A stretch of 64,000 bases of DNA. Source: Deferribacterales bacterium (GTDB lineage: Bacteria; Chrysiogenota; Deferribacteres; Deferribacterales; Geovibrionaceae). The stretch lies in contig JBFWMA010000007.1 of NCBI GenBank assembly GCA_050251875.1, positions 1-64,000 of the forward strand, given 5' to 3'. The notes beneath the pieces are model-generated. The model was not told the DNA's origin and did not search any database. It saw only the letters and a program-made list of their open reading frames with translations. This document shows positions 1-10,511 of this stretch, one piece after another; within the stretch, counting starts at the first letter, position 1, and each line of letters opens with the position of its first letter. Made by a program: the position numbers and the translations under genes.

Positions 1-180
1 CGATTATTATCAATAATTGATGGAGCAAAGGAAACATTTACAGTTTTTATGAATAAATTGGCTGGAATACAGGAAATGGTAAGGCTTTCAATACAGAATC
101 TGATGTTTCAAAGGTGCGAAACTTGAGGTATAAATTTAACCGCTGGAAGCAGTTCTCAGAATGAACCGTATTAATTAGAA

Positions 181-201
181 AGGGCGGGATTAACCCGCCC
201 T
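181..201. terminator. hairpin, probable intrinsic terminator
   Basis: AGGGCGGG-ATTAA-CCCGCCCT perfect stem just past the stop of the 214..648 gene. Confidence 0.6.
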
Positions 202-213
202 GTCTGAAGATAC

Positions 214-648
214 TTACTGCTGTGCCAAAAAAGGTCCCATCACGTTGCCCCAGGGGTTTACTCTGAGGTTGAATGTGTTACCTGCGGCGTCTTTCACAAC
301 GAAGTTGTACATTGTGAATCTGGGTCCCTGAAATTCTTGTGTTTTATCGATTTTGTAACCTTTCAGGTTCTGTGCTATATAGTCCTGAACTTTCTTTGTA
401 GCTTCGTCTTTTGTCACGGGTTTCACAGCGTTCTGCTGCTGGTTGTAAGCGGGACAGTTGGGGTTGGCTCCGGGACCGAATCCCATGCCCTGTCCTCTGC
501 CCATTCCGTTTCCATATCCGTATCCGGGGCAGTTGCCGCCCATGCCGTATCCGGGTCCCATTCCTCTGCCCATACCATATCCGCCGTAAGCGAATGCCAT
601 TGAAGCTGTCAGAATTAAAGCAAGTGTGAGAATTGATGTGCGTTTCAT
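214..648 (-). CDS. secreted protein with Gly/Tyr/Met-rich repeats and a PepSY-like C-terminal domain
   Basis: Start reassigned to MKRTSIL (ATG 648, GGAGG SD). Signal peptide ends in AFA; GYGMG repeats; 'VTKDEATKKVQDYI...FNLRVNPWG' is PepSY-like. Confidence 0.7.
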   Translation of the reverse strand: MKRTSILTLALILTASMAFAYGGYGMGRGMGPGYGMGGNCPGYGYGNGMGRGQGMGFGPGANPNCPAYNQQQNAVKPVTKDEATKKVQDYIAQNLKGYKIDKTQEFQGPRFTMYNFVVKDAAGNTFNLRVNPWGNVMGPFLAQQ

Positions 649-692
649 TGTATTTTCCTCCGATTGAGTTATTGTCTGCATGCAATTATATA

Positions 693-708
693 AACAATAG
701 ACGTGCCA
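693..708 (-). promoter_or_regulatory. putative sigma54 (-24/-12) promoter
   Basis: TGGCACGTCTATTGTT on the minus strand versus consensus TGGCACG-N4-TTGCW (one mismatch at -12). IHF-consensus match TATCAGATATTTA at 726..738. Confidence 0.55.
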
Positions 709-883
709 CAATGCCAGACCATGCCTAAATATCTGATAATTCTAGCCTTACACCGAACAATCAATATAACGGCTCATGCAATCGCTTCACACTCGTGTGC
801 AATTATTTCTCACAATCAGAATTCATGTTGAATTTACTTTTACATCATGGCTAAAATATAATAATTATTGATATAGGCAAATT

Positions 884-2719
884 ATGAAAAACAAACTTAT
901 TGCTTTCCTGATTATTTTCTTTGTACTGGAGGCAGGGCTTTTCTATTCCGCAAAACGGGTCAGGGATATCGCTGTGGACAATAACTACAGCTCAGAGCTG
1001 AACTCCGTCAGTCAGGCGTATGAAGCCAGCATCACCACATCCAGAAACATTTCCGATGTGCTCTTTAATGTCATGATAAACAACGAAGACATCCTGAGCC
1101 AGTTCGCCAAAGCAGAAAAAGCGGACGAGCAGGAACGTGTTCAGATAAGGAAAAACATGCAGCTAAAACTGCAAAATCTCTATGAGCAGGAGAAACGCAT
1201 AGGGCTGAAACAGCTCCACTTCCACCTGAGAGACTGCAGCAGCTTCCTGCGCATGCACGAACCGGAACGGTACGGCGATTCACTGCTGGGCATCAGATAC
1301 GGCGTGGAAATAGCCAACAAAACGCAGAAATTCACCGAAGGGTTCGAGGAAGGACGCATATACAACGGATTCCGGTTTGTCTACCCCCTCTTCTATCGGA
1401 TGAAGCACATCGGCAGTGTGGAGATGGGCATCTCATCCGACTTCATTGTGCGCAATATGGATACTCTGGACAGAGGCATACACGACTTCATAATCAAAAG
1501 GTCGGTAGTGGATGACGTGGTTTTTCCATCGGAACAATACCACTACAGCGCTTCGGGCATATCCGAAAACTATCTGAGAGAAAATGTAAGCTATGCCACT
1601 CTGGCGGACACCAGAAGCATCTTCGACAACACGGAGGAGCTTTTCAACGCATACCGTCTGCTGGAGTTAAACGCCAAACAGAAACTGAGCGAGTCAGAAC
1701 CTTTCGGTGTGCATATCCATGTGAACAATAAAGAGATCAGCGCTGTTTTCCTCCCGGTTTACAACACTCAGGGACAGCATGTCGCTTTCTTCATAAAAGT
1801 ATATAATGACGAAAAGTATCATACTATCAATAAATTCTTCCAGCTTCTGCTTTTAACCACAACTCTGGTGATGTTCTTCTTCCTGTGCTTCGTCTACATG
1901 GTTCTGTCCAACAACCATAAATCACGCATGCTGAACGCCATGCTGGATGAAAAGCTGAAAGAACACGAAGCCCAGCTGGAGATGAAGGAGCAGATGCTTT
2001 TTCAGCAGTCCAAGCTGGCGACTCTGGGCGAAATGTTCAGCGCTCTGGCGCACCAGTGGAAACAGCCTCTGAATATCCTAGCCATGTATATACAGAATAT
2101 GCTGGATGACGACATGGACGATGAGGAGATGCAGAGGGCGGAAGAGATAGTGGACAAATGTATGACCCAGATAAACTACATGAGCGAGACCATAAACGAT
2201 TTTATGGATTTCATCCGTCCCGCCGGCAACCTCAGCAGCAAAATGGAGATGATAAAAGCGGTGGAGGATATCCTGAAACTGCTGACACCATCGCTACAGA
2301 AGAGAAAAATAGCCGTTTCTGTTGATACCCGGGGCAACAAAGCCGTCTATGCCTTCGGCAACAGCAACGAGATAAAGCATATTCTGGTAAATATCCTGAA
2401 CAACGCAAAAGACGCCATCATGGAGATAAAAGAGAAAGACCGTATGTATGAGGGCTCTATCCGCATAGAGATAGACACTTCCGGCGGATTCTGCTGTGTG
2501 AACATCTCCGACAACGGAGGCGGCATCAGTCAGGAGATAATGAAGAAAATATTCGAGCCGTACATCACCACCAAAAAGGACAAGGACGGTTCGGGTCTGG
2601 GGCTTTATATGTGCCGGACGATAATAGAAAAACACAAAGGTACGCTGAACGTGGTCAATATTGAGAACGGGGCAAGATTCGAGATCAGGATTCCCTCAGC
2701 GGACGATCAGACAGCATAA
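884..2719 (+). CDS. membrane sensor histidine kinase with periplasmic Cache-type domain
   Basis: Two TM segments; H-box AHQWKQPL, N-box NILNNAKDA, DNGGG and GSGLGLY boxes. Confidence 0.9.
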   Translation: MKNKLIAFLIIFFVLEAGLFYSAKRVRDIAVDNNYSSELNSVSQAYEASITTSRNISDVLFNVMINNEDILSQFAKAEKADEQERVQIRKNMQLKLQNLYEQEKRIGLKQLHFHLRDCSSFLRMHEPERYGDSLLGIRYGVEIANKTQKFTEGFEEGRIYNGFRFVYPLFYRMKHIGSVEMGISSDFIVRNMDTLDRGIHDFIIKRSVVDDVVFPSEQYHYSASGISENYLRENVSYATLADTRSIFDNTEELFNAYRLLELNAKQKLSESEPFGVHIHVNNKEISAVFLPVYNTQGQHVAFFIKVYNDEKYHTINKFFQLLLLTTTLVMFFFLCFVYMVLSNNHKSRMLNAMLDEKLKEHEAQLEMKEQMLFQQSKLATLGEMFSALAHQWKQPLNILAMYIQNMLDDDMDDEEMQRAEEIVDKCMTQINYMSETINDFMDFIRPAGNLSSKMEMIKAVEDILKLLTPSLQKRKIAVSVDTRGNKAVYAFGNSNEIKHILVNILNNAKDAIMEIKEKDRMYEGSIRIEIDTSGGFCCVNISDNGGGISQEIMKKIFEPYITTKKDKDGSGLGLYMCRTIIEKHKGTLNVVNIENGARFEIRIPSADDQTA

Positions 2720-2748
2720 AAAAAGATCCCCTCAAATGAGGGGATCTT
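2718..2748 (-). terminator. intrinsic terminator between convergent genes
   Basis: AAGATCCCCTCA-AA-TGAGGGGATCTT stem with A-run on the left (U-tail on minus strand). Confidence 0.8.
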
Positions 2749-2752
2749 AAAT

Positions 2753-4045
2753 CTATTTTTTTACCAGTTCCTCTTTTTCTCCCAGAACACCCGCCGACCA
2801 CAGCAGATTGGTATACTGCACGCTGTAGTCTCTGTATGCCCTTGCCAGACGCACCTGAGCGCTTCTGAGGTTATATTCGGCATCGTCCACCTCCAGCTTG
2901 GTCTTAACACCGAATTTAAAACCTTTTTCCGCCATATCAAGCAGCTTGGACGCTTCGTCCACCGTGCCTTCAGCGGCGTCTATTATCTCCGCCGCCTCTT
3001 TCACACGGCTTATAGCCTGTCTGATATCCAGAGCCACGGAATCTTCGGTGTTCAGCTCGTCCAGCTTGCTCCGGCGGAGATTGCTGACCGCCTGAGATCT
3101 TTTTCCGCTGGTTTTAAGCCCGTCAAAGAAATTAAACGATAATGTCACCCCTACATTCCATGTGTTCAGAGTCTTGTCATCGTCCCCTTCCAGACGGGTG
3201 GAGTCATATCCGCCGCTGAGATCCACTCTCGGCTTGTCCCCTGCGCTGTCGATCTTTATCATCTCTCTGTATACGTCCGTCATCAGCCTTTTGTCCCTCA
3301 GCTCCGGTCTGTTGTCGGAGGCTGTTTTCATCAGGGAATCATAGTCCGGGGCAGTGTATATTTTCTGCTCCAGACTGCCTGTAACGTCTATATCGCCTTC
3401 TATACTGAGGATAAATCTCAGCCTGTCTCTGGCGGTTACCAGATCGTTCTTATAGGTTATCACATCCGGATAGGCGTTCTTCAGAGCCACCTTCGCCGAC
3501 AGAACATCATAGTCTGTGGCTGTTCCCAGATCATATTTTTTCTTTGCCTCATCATAATGGCGCTCACGCTGTCTGACGTTCGACTCCGCTATCTCCAGAA
3601 GTTTTTTCGTCAGCAGAATATCGGTGAAAGCGACTTTTACATCTCTCACAGTCGCCTGTTTATACATCCTCAGCTGTTCATCGCCTGTTTTCAGACCTAT
3701 CTGGGCAACCTTGATAGCGGCGCCCACCTGTCCCCATGTGAAGAGAGCCTGTTTCACAGTGATTCCGGCGGAATAGGAATTGAATGTATCGCTGCCCACA
3801 TAGCTTCCTGTGGACTCATCCTTGTTTCTGAATGCCTTGCCGTATACGGAGGCGTTCGGCAGAGCCGCCGCCCTCTCCTCCACATAAACACCCTGAAGAT
3901 AGTTTATATATTCTCTAGCGGAGGCAATGCTCTTGTTCTTTTCCATGGCGATGTTCACCGCCTCGTCCAGCGTCAGCGTTCTGACATCTGCGGCGAAGAG
4001 AAAACACGGCACCATTAACATTAAAGCTGTCAGTCTGAGTATCAT
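2753..4045 (-). CDS. TolC-family outer membrane efflux protein
   Basis: Signal peptide from MILRLT (ATG 4045, overlapping the RND stop); 'LTLDEAVNIAMEKN' and two OEP repeats. Confidence 0.9.
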   Translation of the reverse strand: MILRLTALMLMVPCFLFAADVRTLTLDEAVNIAMEKNKSIASAREYINYLQGVYVEERAAALPNASVYGKAFRNKDESTGSYVGSDTFNSYSAGITVKQALFTWGQVGAAIKVAQIGLKTGDEQLRMYKQATVRDVKVAFTDILLTKKLLEIAESNVRQRERHYDEAKKKYDLGTATDYDVLSAKVALKNAYPDVITYKNDLVTARDRLRFILSIEGDIDVTGSLEQKIYTAPDYDSLMKTASDNRPELRDKRLMTDVYREMIKIDSAGDKPRVDLSGGYDSTRLEGDDDKTLNTWNVGVTLSFNFFDGLKTSGKRSQAVSNLRRSKLDELNTEDSVALDIRQAISRVKEAAEIIDAAEGTVDEASKLLDMAEKGFKFGVKTKLEVDDAEYNLRSAQVRLARAYRDYSVQYTNLLWSAGVLGEKEELVKK

Positions 4046-7000
4046 GCGTGTCCCCCTCTGAATATTTTTTTCATCCATACGGCAAAATCGTCCAGCAGAG
4101 TGTAGACCACGGGAACAACCACCAGAGTAAGGATAGTTGACGTGATCAGACCGCCCACAACAGCTCTCGCCATGGGAGCCCGCATCTCCGCTCCGGCTCC
4201 TATAGCCAGAAACAGAGGCATCATACCGAATATCATCGCCAGAGTAGTCATCATAATTGGACGGAACCGGGTTCGCCCGGCGGTGACGAGCGCCTCTGTG
4301 CGCTCCATTCCGCCACGCCGCAGGTGTTTTCCGTAATCCACCAGCAGAATGGCGTTTTTCGTCACCAACCCCATCAGCATGATAAGACCGATCAGAGACA
4401 TGATATTCACCGTATCGCCTGTCAGGTGGAGCATGCCCGCCATGCCTACGATGGACAGAGGCAGAGAAAACATAATCGCCAGAGGCTCTATGAACGACTC
4501 AAACTGAGCCGCCAGCACCAGATAAACCATGATAACGGCGAGCAGGAGCGCTTCCGCCATATATCCGAAAGACTCCGCCATATCCTCGCCCTCTCCGGCG
4601 AACGAAAAGGTATATCCGGGCTCAGTCTTGATCTCCGGAATCTTTTCTTTCACCAGATTGATAGCCGTACCGATGGGCATGTTGTCCAGGTTGGCAGCCA
4701 CTTCCACCTTTCTGGAGAGCGCCAGCCTGTCTATCTGTGACGGCGAGTTGTCCACTTCATATGTAGCTATACTTCTCAGAGGTATCAGCTCCGGCTTATT
4801 ATTATTGTTAACGGCTATTTTCAGATTCATAACCTGATCCGCCGTCATCCTGTATCTCTCATCCAGACGCACTCGGATATCCACTGCGTCTCCGTCCTCC
4901 TCCTCAAAAGTGGAGGCGACAGAACCGCCCAGCAGAATACTCACGGCGTTCACCACATCCGTGGAGGTGACGCCCAGAGCGGCCGCCTTCTCTCTGTTCA
5001 CTTTCAGCCTGTATTCAGGGGTATCGTCTTCCAGAGAGGCGGACACATCCACTATCCCGCTGATGGTCTGCATCTTCTCCTTCAGCTCTTCGGAATACTG
5101 TTTCAGCTTGTCTATGTTATCGCCTGATATGTTTATTACCAGAGGCTTGTCGGAACTCTTCAGACCGCCCGCCTCTTCGATAGATATTTTGATTCCTGCT
5201 ACTTTCGACAGTTTTTCCCGGAAAATTTTCTGAACATCTTCCTGAGTTCTGTCACGCAGTTTTTTGTCCACCAGCTTCACATACAGCACACCTTTGTGTA
5301 CTGTTCCGCTGTCTCCGGCGCCTATCGTGCCGTATGTGTGCTCCACCTCTTTCACATCCTTCACAGCGTCCAGCATTGCTGTCAGCCTGCTTCTGCTCTC
5401 GCTGATGGACGAATCCGGAGCTGTTTTAAAGCTGACCTGAAACTCTCCCTTGTCATACTGCTCAACAAAGGCGGACTGGAGCGTTCCGAACAGAAACAGC
5501 CCGATAACGAAAGCCGCGGTGGTTATCGCAACGATGGTTTTTCTGTGGGTCAGAGCCCAGCGCACGACAGATTTGTAGCTGTCGCCGAGATTGTCGAACA
5601 TAATGTTGAATTTATGAATCAGCTTAGCCAGCCCTTTTCTGTCCTTCTTGCCTATGGACGGGTCATGCCATCTGGATGAAAGCATGGGGTCCAGAGTGAA
5701 TGAAACCAGAAGTGATATGGCAACGGCGAATGCCACTGTCATTCCGAAAGAGAAGAAGAACCGTCCCACGATCCCCTTCATGAAAGCCACGGGAACAAAA
5801 ACCGCCATAACGGAGAAAGTTGTCGCCATTACAGCCTGACCTATCTCGCTCGTGCCCTCTCTGGAGGCTGTCATGTGGTCTTTGCCCATCTCAACGTGAC
5901 GCACGATATTCTCCCGCACAACGATAGCGTCATCTATCAGCATACCTATCGCCAGCGACAGAGCCATCAGCGTCATTACGTTCAGGCTCATTCCCATAGC
6001 GTATATTATTATGAATGCCGCTATAACGGATATGGGGAGCGTAAGTCCCGTGATGACCGTTGAGCGCCATGAGTTGATAAACAGAAATACAATAAGCACA
6101 GTCAGAATACCGCCGATGATGATGGTATCCTGAACGTCCGCCAGAGAGTCCCTGATCTGCTGAGAAGAGTCACGCACAACAGTTATCTTAACATCCGCCG
6201 GGAGCTCGTTCTTTATCTTGTCCACCCTCTTTTTGACATCGTCCACCACCTGAACAACGTTCGCTCCGGACTGTTTCAGAACGTCCAGAGATATGGCGGG
6301 CTGACCGTTATAAAGAGAAACGGTTCTCTCCTCCTCCACGCTGTCTATGATGTTCGCCACCTCGCCCAGCTTAACCCCACGCCCGTCCAGAGACAGCACT
6401 GTCAGGTTTCTGAGCTGATCGGCGAAGTCGCCCTTGCCGGATATGCGCACGGAATATTCTCCGTCACCCCTTGTCATCCGGCCCAGAGGAGTGTTTATGT
6501 TCTCAGCCTTGATACCGCTGATGATGGCTGTGGGGGTTATGCCGAGACTCTCAAGCCTCAGCGGGTCTATCTCCACATTGATCTCTTTTTCGGCGGAACC
6601 TACCATGTCCACCTTGCCCACGCCCTGAACTGATTCCAGACGTTTCTTGATGAGCTTATCTACTATGTCGGTCAGCTCTCTCTGGGACAGGGTTTCAGAC
6701 TGCGCCGCAATGGATATAACGGGCATAGCGTTGAAATCCAGCTTCTGGATGATGGGCTCTTCTATGTCGTCAGGCAGATCGCCCCTGATGGCGCTGATCT
6801 TCGCCCTGACCTCCGGGTTAACATCGTTGATCTTTGTCTCGAGGGTAAACTCGATAACAACGGTAGACACGCCCTCGTTGGAGTAAGACATAACTTTCTT
6901 AACACCGGCGACAGGGTTCACCGCCTCTTCTATCTTTTTACTGACCTCGGTCTCCACCGTCTGCGCCGAGGCGCCCGGATATTTCGTCACCACCGAGATG

Positions 7001-7131
7001 AACGGAATCTCCACGTTGGGATATTCCTCCACGGAAAGCCTTTTGTATGAGAAAACGCCAAGAACCACCAGAGAAAGCATTATAACGGTGGCAAAGACCG
7101 GACGTTTTATTGATAAGTCTGATAAAAACAT
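4042..7131 (-). CDS. RND (HAE-1/AcrB family) efflux permease
   Basis: 1029 aa; SIKRPVFA start, GMLIDDAIVVREN, VTKNAILLVD and RFRPIMMT motifs. Confidence 0.95.
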   Translation of the reverse strand: MFLSDLSIKRPVFATVIMLSLVVLGVFSYKRLSVEEYPNVEIPFISVVTKYPGASAQTVETEVSKKIEEAVNPVAGVKKVMSYSNEGVSTVVIEFTLETKINDVNPEVRAKISAIRGDLPDDIEEPIIQKLDFNAMPVISIAAQSETLSQRELTDIVDKLIKKRLESVQGVGKVDMVGSAEKEINVEIDPLRLESLGITPTAIISGIKAENINTPLGRMTRGDGEYSVRISGKGDFADQLRNLTVLSLDGRGVKLGEVANIIDSVEEERTVSLYNGQPAISLDVLKQSGANVVQVVDDVKKRVDKIKNELPADVKITVVRDSSQQIRDSLADVQDTIIIGGILTVLIVFLFINSWRSTVITGLTLPISVIAAFIIIYAMGMSLNVMTLMALSLAIGMLIDDAIVVRENIVRHVEMGKDHMTASREGTSEIGQAVMATTFSVMAVFVPVAFMKGIVGRFFFSFGMTVAFAVAISLLVSFTLDPMLSSRWHDPSIGKKDRKGLAKLIHKFNIMFDNLGDSYKSVVRWALTHRKTIVAITTAAFVIGLFLFGTLQSAFVEQYDKGEFQVSFKTAPDSSISESRSRLTAMLDAVKDVKEVEHTYGTIGAGDSGTVHKGVLYVKLVDKKLRDRTQEDVQKIFREKLSKVAGIKISIEEAGGLKSSDKPLVINISGDNIDKLKQYSEELKEKMQTISGIVDVSASLEDDTPEYRLKVNREKAAALGVTSTDVVNAVSILLGGSVASTFEEEDGDAVDIRVRLDERYRMTADQVMNLKIAVNNNNKPELIPLRSIATYEVDNSPSQIDRLALSRKVEVAANLDNMPIGTAINLVKEKIPEIKTEPGYTFSFAGEGEDMAESFGYMAEALLLAVIMVYLVLAAQFESFIEPLAIMFSLPLSIVGMAGMLHLTGDTVNIMSLIGLIMLMGLVTKNAILLVDYGKHLRRGGMERTEALVTAGRTRFRPIMMTTLAMIFGMMPLFLAIGAGAEMRAPMARAVVGGLITSTILTLVVVPVVYTLLDDFAVWMKKIFRGGHA

Positions 7132-7141
7132 CTATAAGCCC

Positions 7142-8281
7142 CTATTTCGCGACCTGAATTCTGCCGCCGTTCTTCACTGTGAAAGAACCTCTGAAAATAA
7201 CCTGTTCGCCGTCAGCCAGACCGGAAAGTATCTGGACGTTTCCGCCGCCTGTTCTTCCGGTTTTCACCTCTTTCATCTCGGCGATACCGTCTTTGGCTAC
7301 ATATACCTTTGCTGTGTGCGCTGTCACGTCATTGCCTATCAGAGCCGTCTGAGGAATCAGGATGGCGTCTGTGACAACACCTGTGTATATCTTCGCCTTA
7401 ACGAAAAATCCCGCTTTCAGAAGCCTGTCATCGTTAGGAACAGTGATGTTCACGCTGACAGCTCTGTCGCCTGTGTTCACCTGAGGGTTAATGTGCGCCA
7501 CCTTTCCGGTGAAAACCCTGTCGGGATATGCGTCCACGGTGAAATCCACCCTGCCGCCAACGCTGATGCCCGATATGTCCACTGTGGGTATCTGAACGTT
7601 AAGGTCATAAACAGATTCGTCTATGATGGTGAACAGAGCGGCGCTGTTCTCTCCGCCTGCCATGTCGCCGACATTAGCGTTTCTGGCGGCTATCGTGCCG
7701 TTTATGGGAGAAACTATGTTGGTTCTGGATATCTTTACGTTTATCTGGTTCAGCTCTTCCTGAGCGGCCTTTATCTGCGCCTGAGCGGAAACGGTTTTTG
7801 CTTTTGCGGCGTCCGCCTCGGTCACGGCGTCATCTAACTGCTGGCTGGTGGCGAGCCCTGATTCCTTCAGGTTTTTCACCCGGGTCAGCTCTCTCTCCGC
7901 CCTTGTCATGTATGTTTTCGCTTCCATATACTGCGCCTGAGCCGTTTTAACAGACGCTTCGGCTCTTCCGGCGGCGGCTCTCAGCTCCTCTGAGTCTATT
8001 CTGGCGAGTGCCTGACCTTTTTTCACCGCAACCCAGTCGCTGACGAAAACCTCTCTGATGACACCGGACGCCTCAGCCCGCACATCAGCGCTGTATTTCG
8101 CCGTCAGACTGCCCGTGGCGTCAATATAGCTCTCGATCTTTTTCGTCTCAGCGGTCATCACCTCCACTGCGGTAGCGTCCTGTTCGGCTGTTACTGCCTT
8201 TTCAGGAGCTTTGTGTCTCATAACGGCGACCGCTATGAGCGCCAGCAGAACTATTCCTGTAATAATGGTCGTCTTTTTCAT
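7142..8281 (-). CDS. RND periplasmic adaptor (membrane fusion protein)
   Basis: N-terminal TM; lipoyl half motifs (ASGVIREVFV..VKKGQAL; IVSPINGTI); helical hairpin; GLADGEQVI. Confidence 0.92.
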   Translation of the reverse strand: MKKTTIITGIVLLALIAVAVMRHKAPEKAVTAEQDATAVEVMTAETKKIESYIDATGSLTAKYSADVRAEASGVIREVFVSDWVAVKKGQALARIDSEELRAAAGRAEASVKTAQAQYMEAKTYMTRAERELTRVKNLKESGLATSQQLDDAVTEADAAKAKTVSAQAQIKAAQEELNQINVKISRTNIVSPINGTIAARNANVGDMAGGENSAALFTIIDESVYDLNVQIPTVDISGISVGGRVDFTVDAYPDRVFTGKVAHINPQVNTGDRAVSVNITVPNDDRLLKAGFFVKAKIYTGVVTDAILIPQTALIGNDVTAHTAKVYVAKDGIAEMKEVKTGRTGGGNVQILSGLADGEQVIFRGSFTVKNGGRIQVAK

Positions 8282-8877
8282 CCCTCGCCTCTTTTTATGA
8301 TAATTTTGTCAAATAATTTCCCAGTGATGCGGGACACGTCTTCAATGCCCAGCATGCATGAGCATTTGATTATCTGCGTATCCATGCAGAAGAACAGCAC
8401 AGACAGCAGAATGGTGGTGAAATCCTCTGTAACCACGTCTTCCAGCTCGCCGTTGTCCACGCCTTTTTTTATCATTCTGTTCAGCATCTCCGCCATGATG
8501 GCGTGATATTCCTCGAAATCGATGAACGGAGCCCCCTGAGGCGGTCCGTAAACCATGGCGTATATCAGTCTGGCGTGTTTCAGCTTGGCGGCGTGCAGAT
8601 TCATTATGTCTCTGAACATGTTATTTATCTGGATGTAAACGTCTTTCTCCACGCTCTCATATTTCTTCAGGAGTATTTTGAAATCAGTGAATGCCTGATC
8701 CATCAGCTCGGTGTATATGCCCTCTTTGTTTTTGAAATAATAATAGAGCATCGGTTTCGTAACGCCCGCCCTGCTCACTATCTCGCTGACAGATGCGGCG
8801 GCGTATCCTTTTTCCGTGAAGAGATCCAGCGCCGCTTCCAGCAGCCTGACTCTGGCGTCATCAGAAGTGATGTTCAT
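8278..8877 (-). CDS. TetR/AcrR family regulator
   Basis: Start MNITSDD with AGGAGG SD; HTH 'LFTEKGYAAASVSEIVSRAGVTKPMLYYYFKNKE'. Confidence 0.92.
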   Translation of the reverse strand: MNITSDDARVRLLEAALDLFTEKGYAAASVSEIVSRAGVTKPMLYYYFKNKEGIYTELMDQAFTDFKILLKKYESVEKDVYIQINNMFRDIMNLHAAKLKHARLIYAMVYGPPQGAPFIDFEEYHAIMAEMLNRMIKKGVDNGELEDVVTEDFTTILLSVLFFCMDTQIIKCSCMLGIEDVSRITGKLFDKIIIKRGEG

Positions 8878-8894
8878 GCGCCCTCCTAAAAACC

Positions 8895-8910
8895 TACTTA
8901 TCGGTAAGTA
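8895..8910. promoter_or_regulatory. putative TetR operator of the efflux operon
   Basis: Near-perfect palindrome TACTTATCGGTAAGTA just upstream of the tetR SD. Confidence 0.6.
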
Positions 8911-8959
8911 AACTCTAAGACGGTAAAAAGTCAATCATTTATTTTGTGGATTTTTTATG

Positions 8960-10411
8960 TCAGTCGGATTCTATTCTGGCTCTTCCGTTCTCTTTGGCTC
9001 TGTAAAGAGCCTTGTCGGCACGGTTGGTGATGGTGGTTTCGGTGTCGCCTTCACTGTATTCGCTGATGCCTATGCTGAGGGTGACTTTTGTTCCCTCCAG
9101 CAGACTGAGGATTACGGAATCGGTTCTGACATGCTCGTTTATCCTTTCGGCTATCTGGATGGCGGACGTCATTGTCCCCTGTGTAAGGATTATGAACTCG
9201 TCCCCGCCCCATCTGGCGAGCATATCTGTGGTTCTGATACACGCCAGTGTGATGTCGGACACACGGGCGATTATCTTGTCTCCGGTCAGATGCCCGAAGC
9301 TGTCGTTTATGTCTTTGAAATAGTCTATGTCGAACAGCACCATACAGAAGCCGGTTCCTGATCTTCTGTTTTTCGCCACTGTGGTCTCAAAGATTCTGGA
9401 GAACTCTCTTCTGTTGAATGTGCCTGTCAGGTGGTCTGTGGCGGCTATGGTTTCCAGCTGGCGCTGATAGTATCCCACAGCGAAAGACACGATGACGATG
9501 ACAATTATGATGACAACCAGTCCGAACAGCAGGTTTTTGAAAAAATTAGCCTGGATGTTTTTCATGGCGTGATCCTGATTCTGCACAACCACCAGAAACC
9601 AGTCAAGCTCCGGAACGTATCTGGATGTCAGCAGATAGTGGACTCCGCCGCTGTTATACTCGAAATTGCTGTAAAGCTGCGAAACGGAAAGGAGCTGATC
9701 CGCATAGTCTTTTATCCCTTCGGATGACCTGATGTTTTTATCTTTCACAGAGATATTTTTAGACCGTATCTGTATATCTCCGGCGGTATCCACCAGATAT
9801 ATTTCACGGTCGTATTTCACCTGATATTCCGAGAGCATGTTGGTTATGCGCTCCACATCCAGCCCCACGCCTGTCACGCCGAGCAGGTTATGGTTATAAT
9901 CGTAAACCCGGTGGTTTATGAAAATAGTCAGTTTGTTGTTCGCCGCCTGGTTTTCATCGACAACAAGAGCATAGGGAACGTGCTGTGCCACGAAGTTGTA
10001 ATACCAGACATCGTGAGCGTCCTGAGTGGATATCTGTTTCAGTATTCCGTTGTAATAGTAGTAGTTCTTTGTCTTTTCAGAGACGAAAAATGTGGAAAAG
10101 AAGCTGTATTTCGTCAGGATGTGGTTCAGATATTTCTGTATAGCGTCTGTCTCTTTCTCTCCGGAAATAGCCCAGTCACGGACGAATGTGTCGTTCGCCA
10201 TGGACGAGGCGATGAAAATAGGCTTCATCAGATCACGCTGAATCTCAGAATAGATATTGTCACGGGTGAGAGGCAGAGAGGTATTGATTATGTCGCTGCG
10301 CAGAGACTGCTTGGCTGTGTTGTAGCTGATAAGGTTGGTAACAAAAAAACCAGCCGTGAGCAAGACGGCAATGATAATGATAAGTCTGTTTTTTCCGGCT
10401 ATGTGTTCCAA
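8960..10411 (-). CDS. Cache-domain sensor diguanylate cyclase
   Basis: Two TMs with a periplasmic domain; intact ARWGGDEF with RxxD I-site (RTTD); TTG start with GGGGA SD. Confidence 0.9.
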   Translation of the reverse strand: MEHIAGKNRLIIIIAVLLTAGFFVTNLISYNTAKQSLRSDIINTSLPLTRDNIYSEIQRDLMKPIFIASSMANDTFVRDWAISGEKETDAIQKYLNHILTKYSFFSTFFVSEKTKNYYYYNGILKQISTQDAHDVWYYNFVAQHVPYALVVDENQAANNKLTIFINHRVYDYNHNLLGVTGVGLDVERITNMLSEYQVKYDREIYLVDTAGDIQIRSKNISVKDKNIRSSEGIKDYADQLLSVSQLYSNFEYNSGGVHYLLTSRYVPELDWFLVVVQNQDHAMKNIQANFFKNLLFGLVVIIIVIVIVSFAVGYYQRQLETIAATDHLTGTFNRREFSRIFETTVAKNRRSGTGFCMVLFDIDYFKDINDSFGHLTGDKIIARVSDITLACIRTTDMLARWGGDEFIILTQGTMTSAIQIAERINEHVRTDSVILSLLEGTKVTLSIGISEYSEGDTETTITNRADKALYRAKENGRARIESD

Positions 10412-10511
10412 TTCGGTTCCCCGATTTTAATAATGTTTTATCAAGATTGCTTAACAATATTTATACCACTCATGTCGTTTTAAGCAACCCAATAAATATG
10501 GAATTATAATG

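Noticed and set aside
1..174. AT-rich possible 3' end of a gene or pseudogene on the + strand (frame 1 open to 126)
   Set aside because: Too short, truncated by the window edge, and no recognisable motif
6998..7837. 279-aa + strand ORF, and similar long antisense ORFs (14210..14920, 20056..20838, 25784..26800, 26922..27920, 62779..63657)
   Set aside because: Shadow frames opposite well-supported genes, with no family motifs or convincing starts
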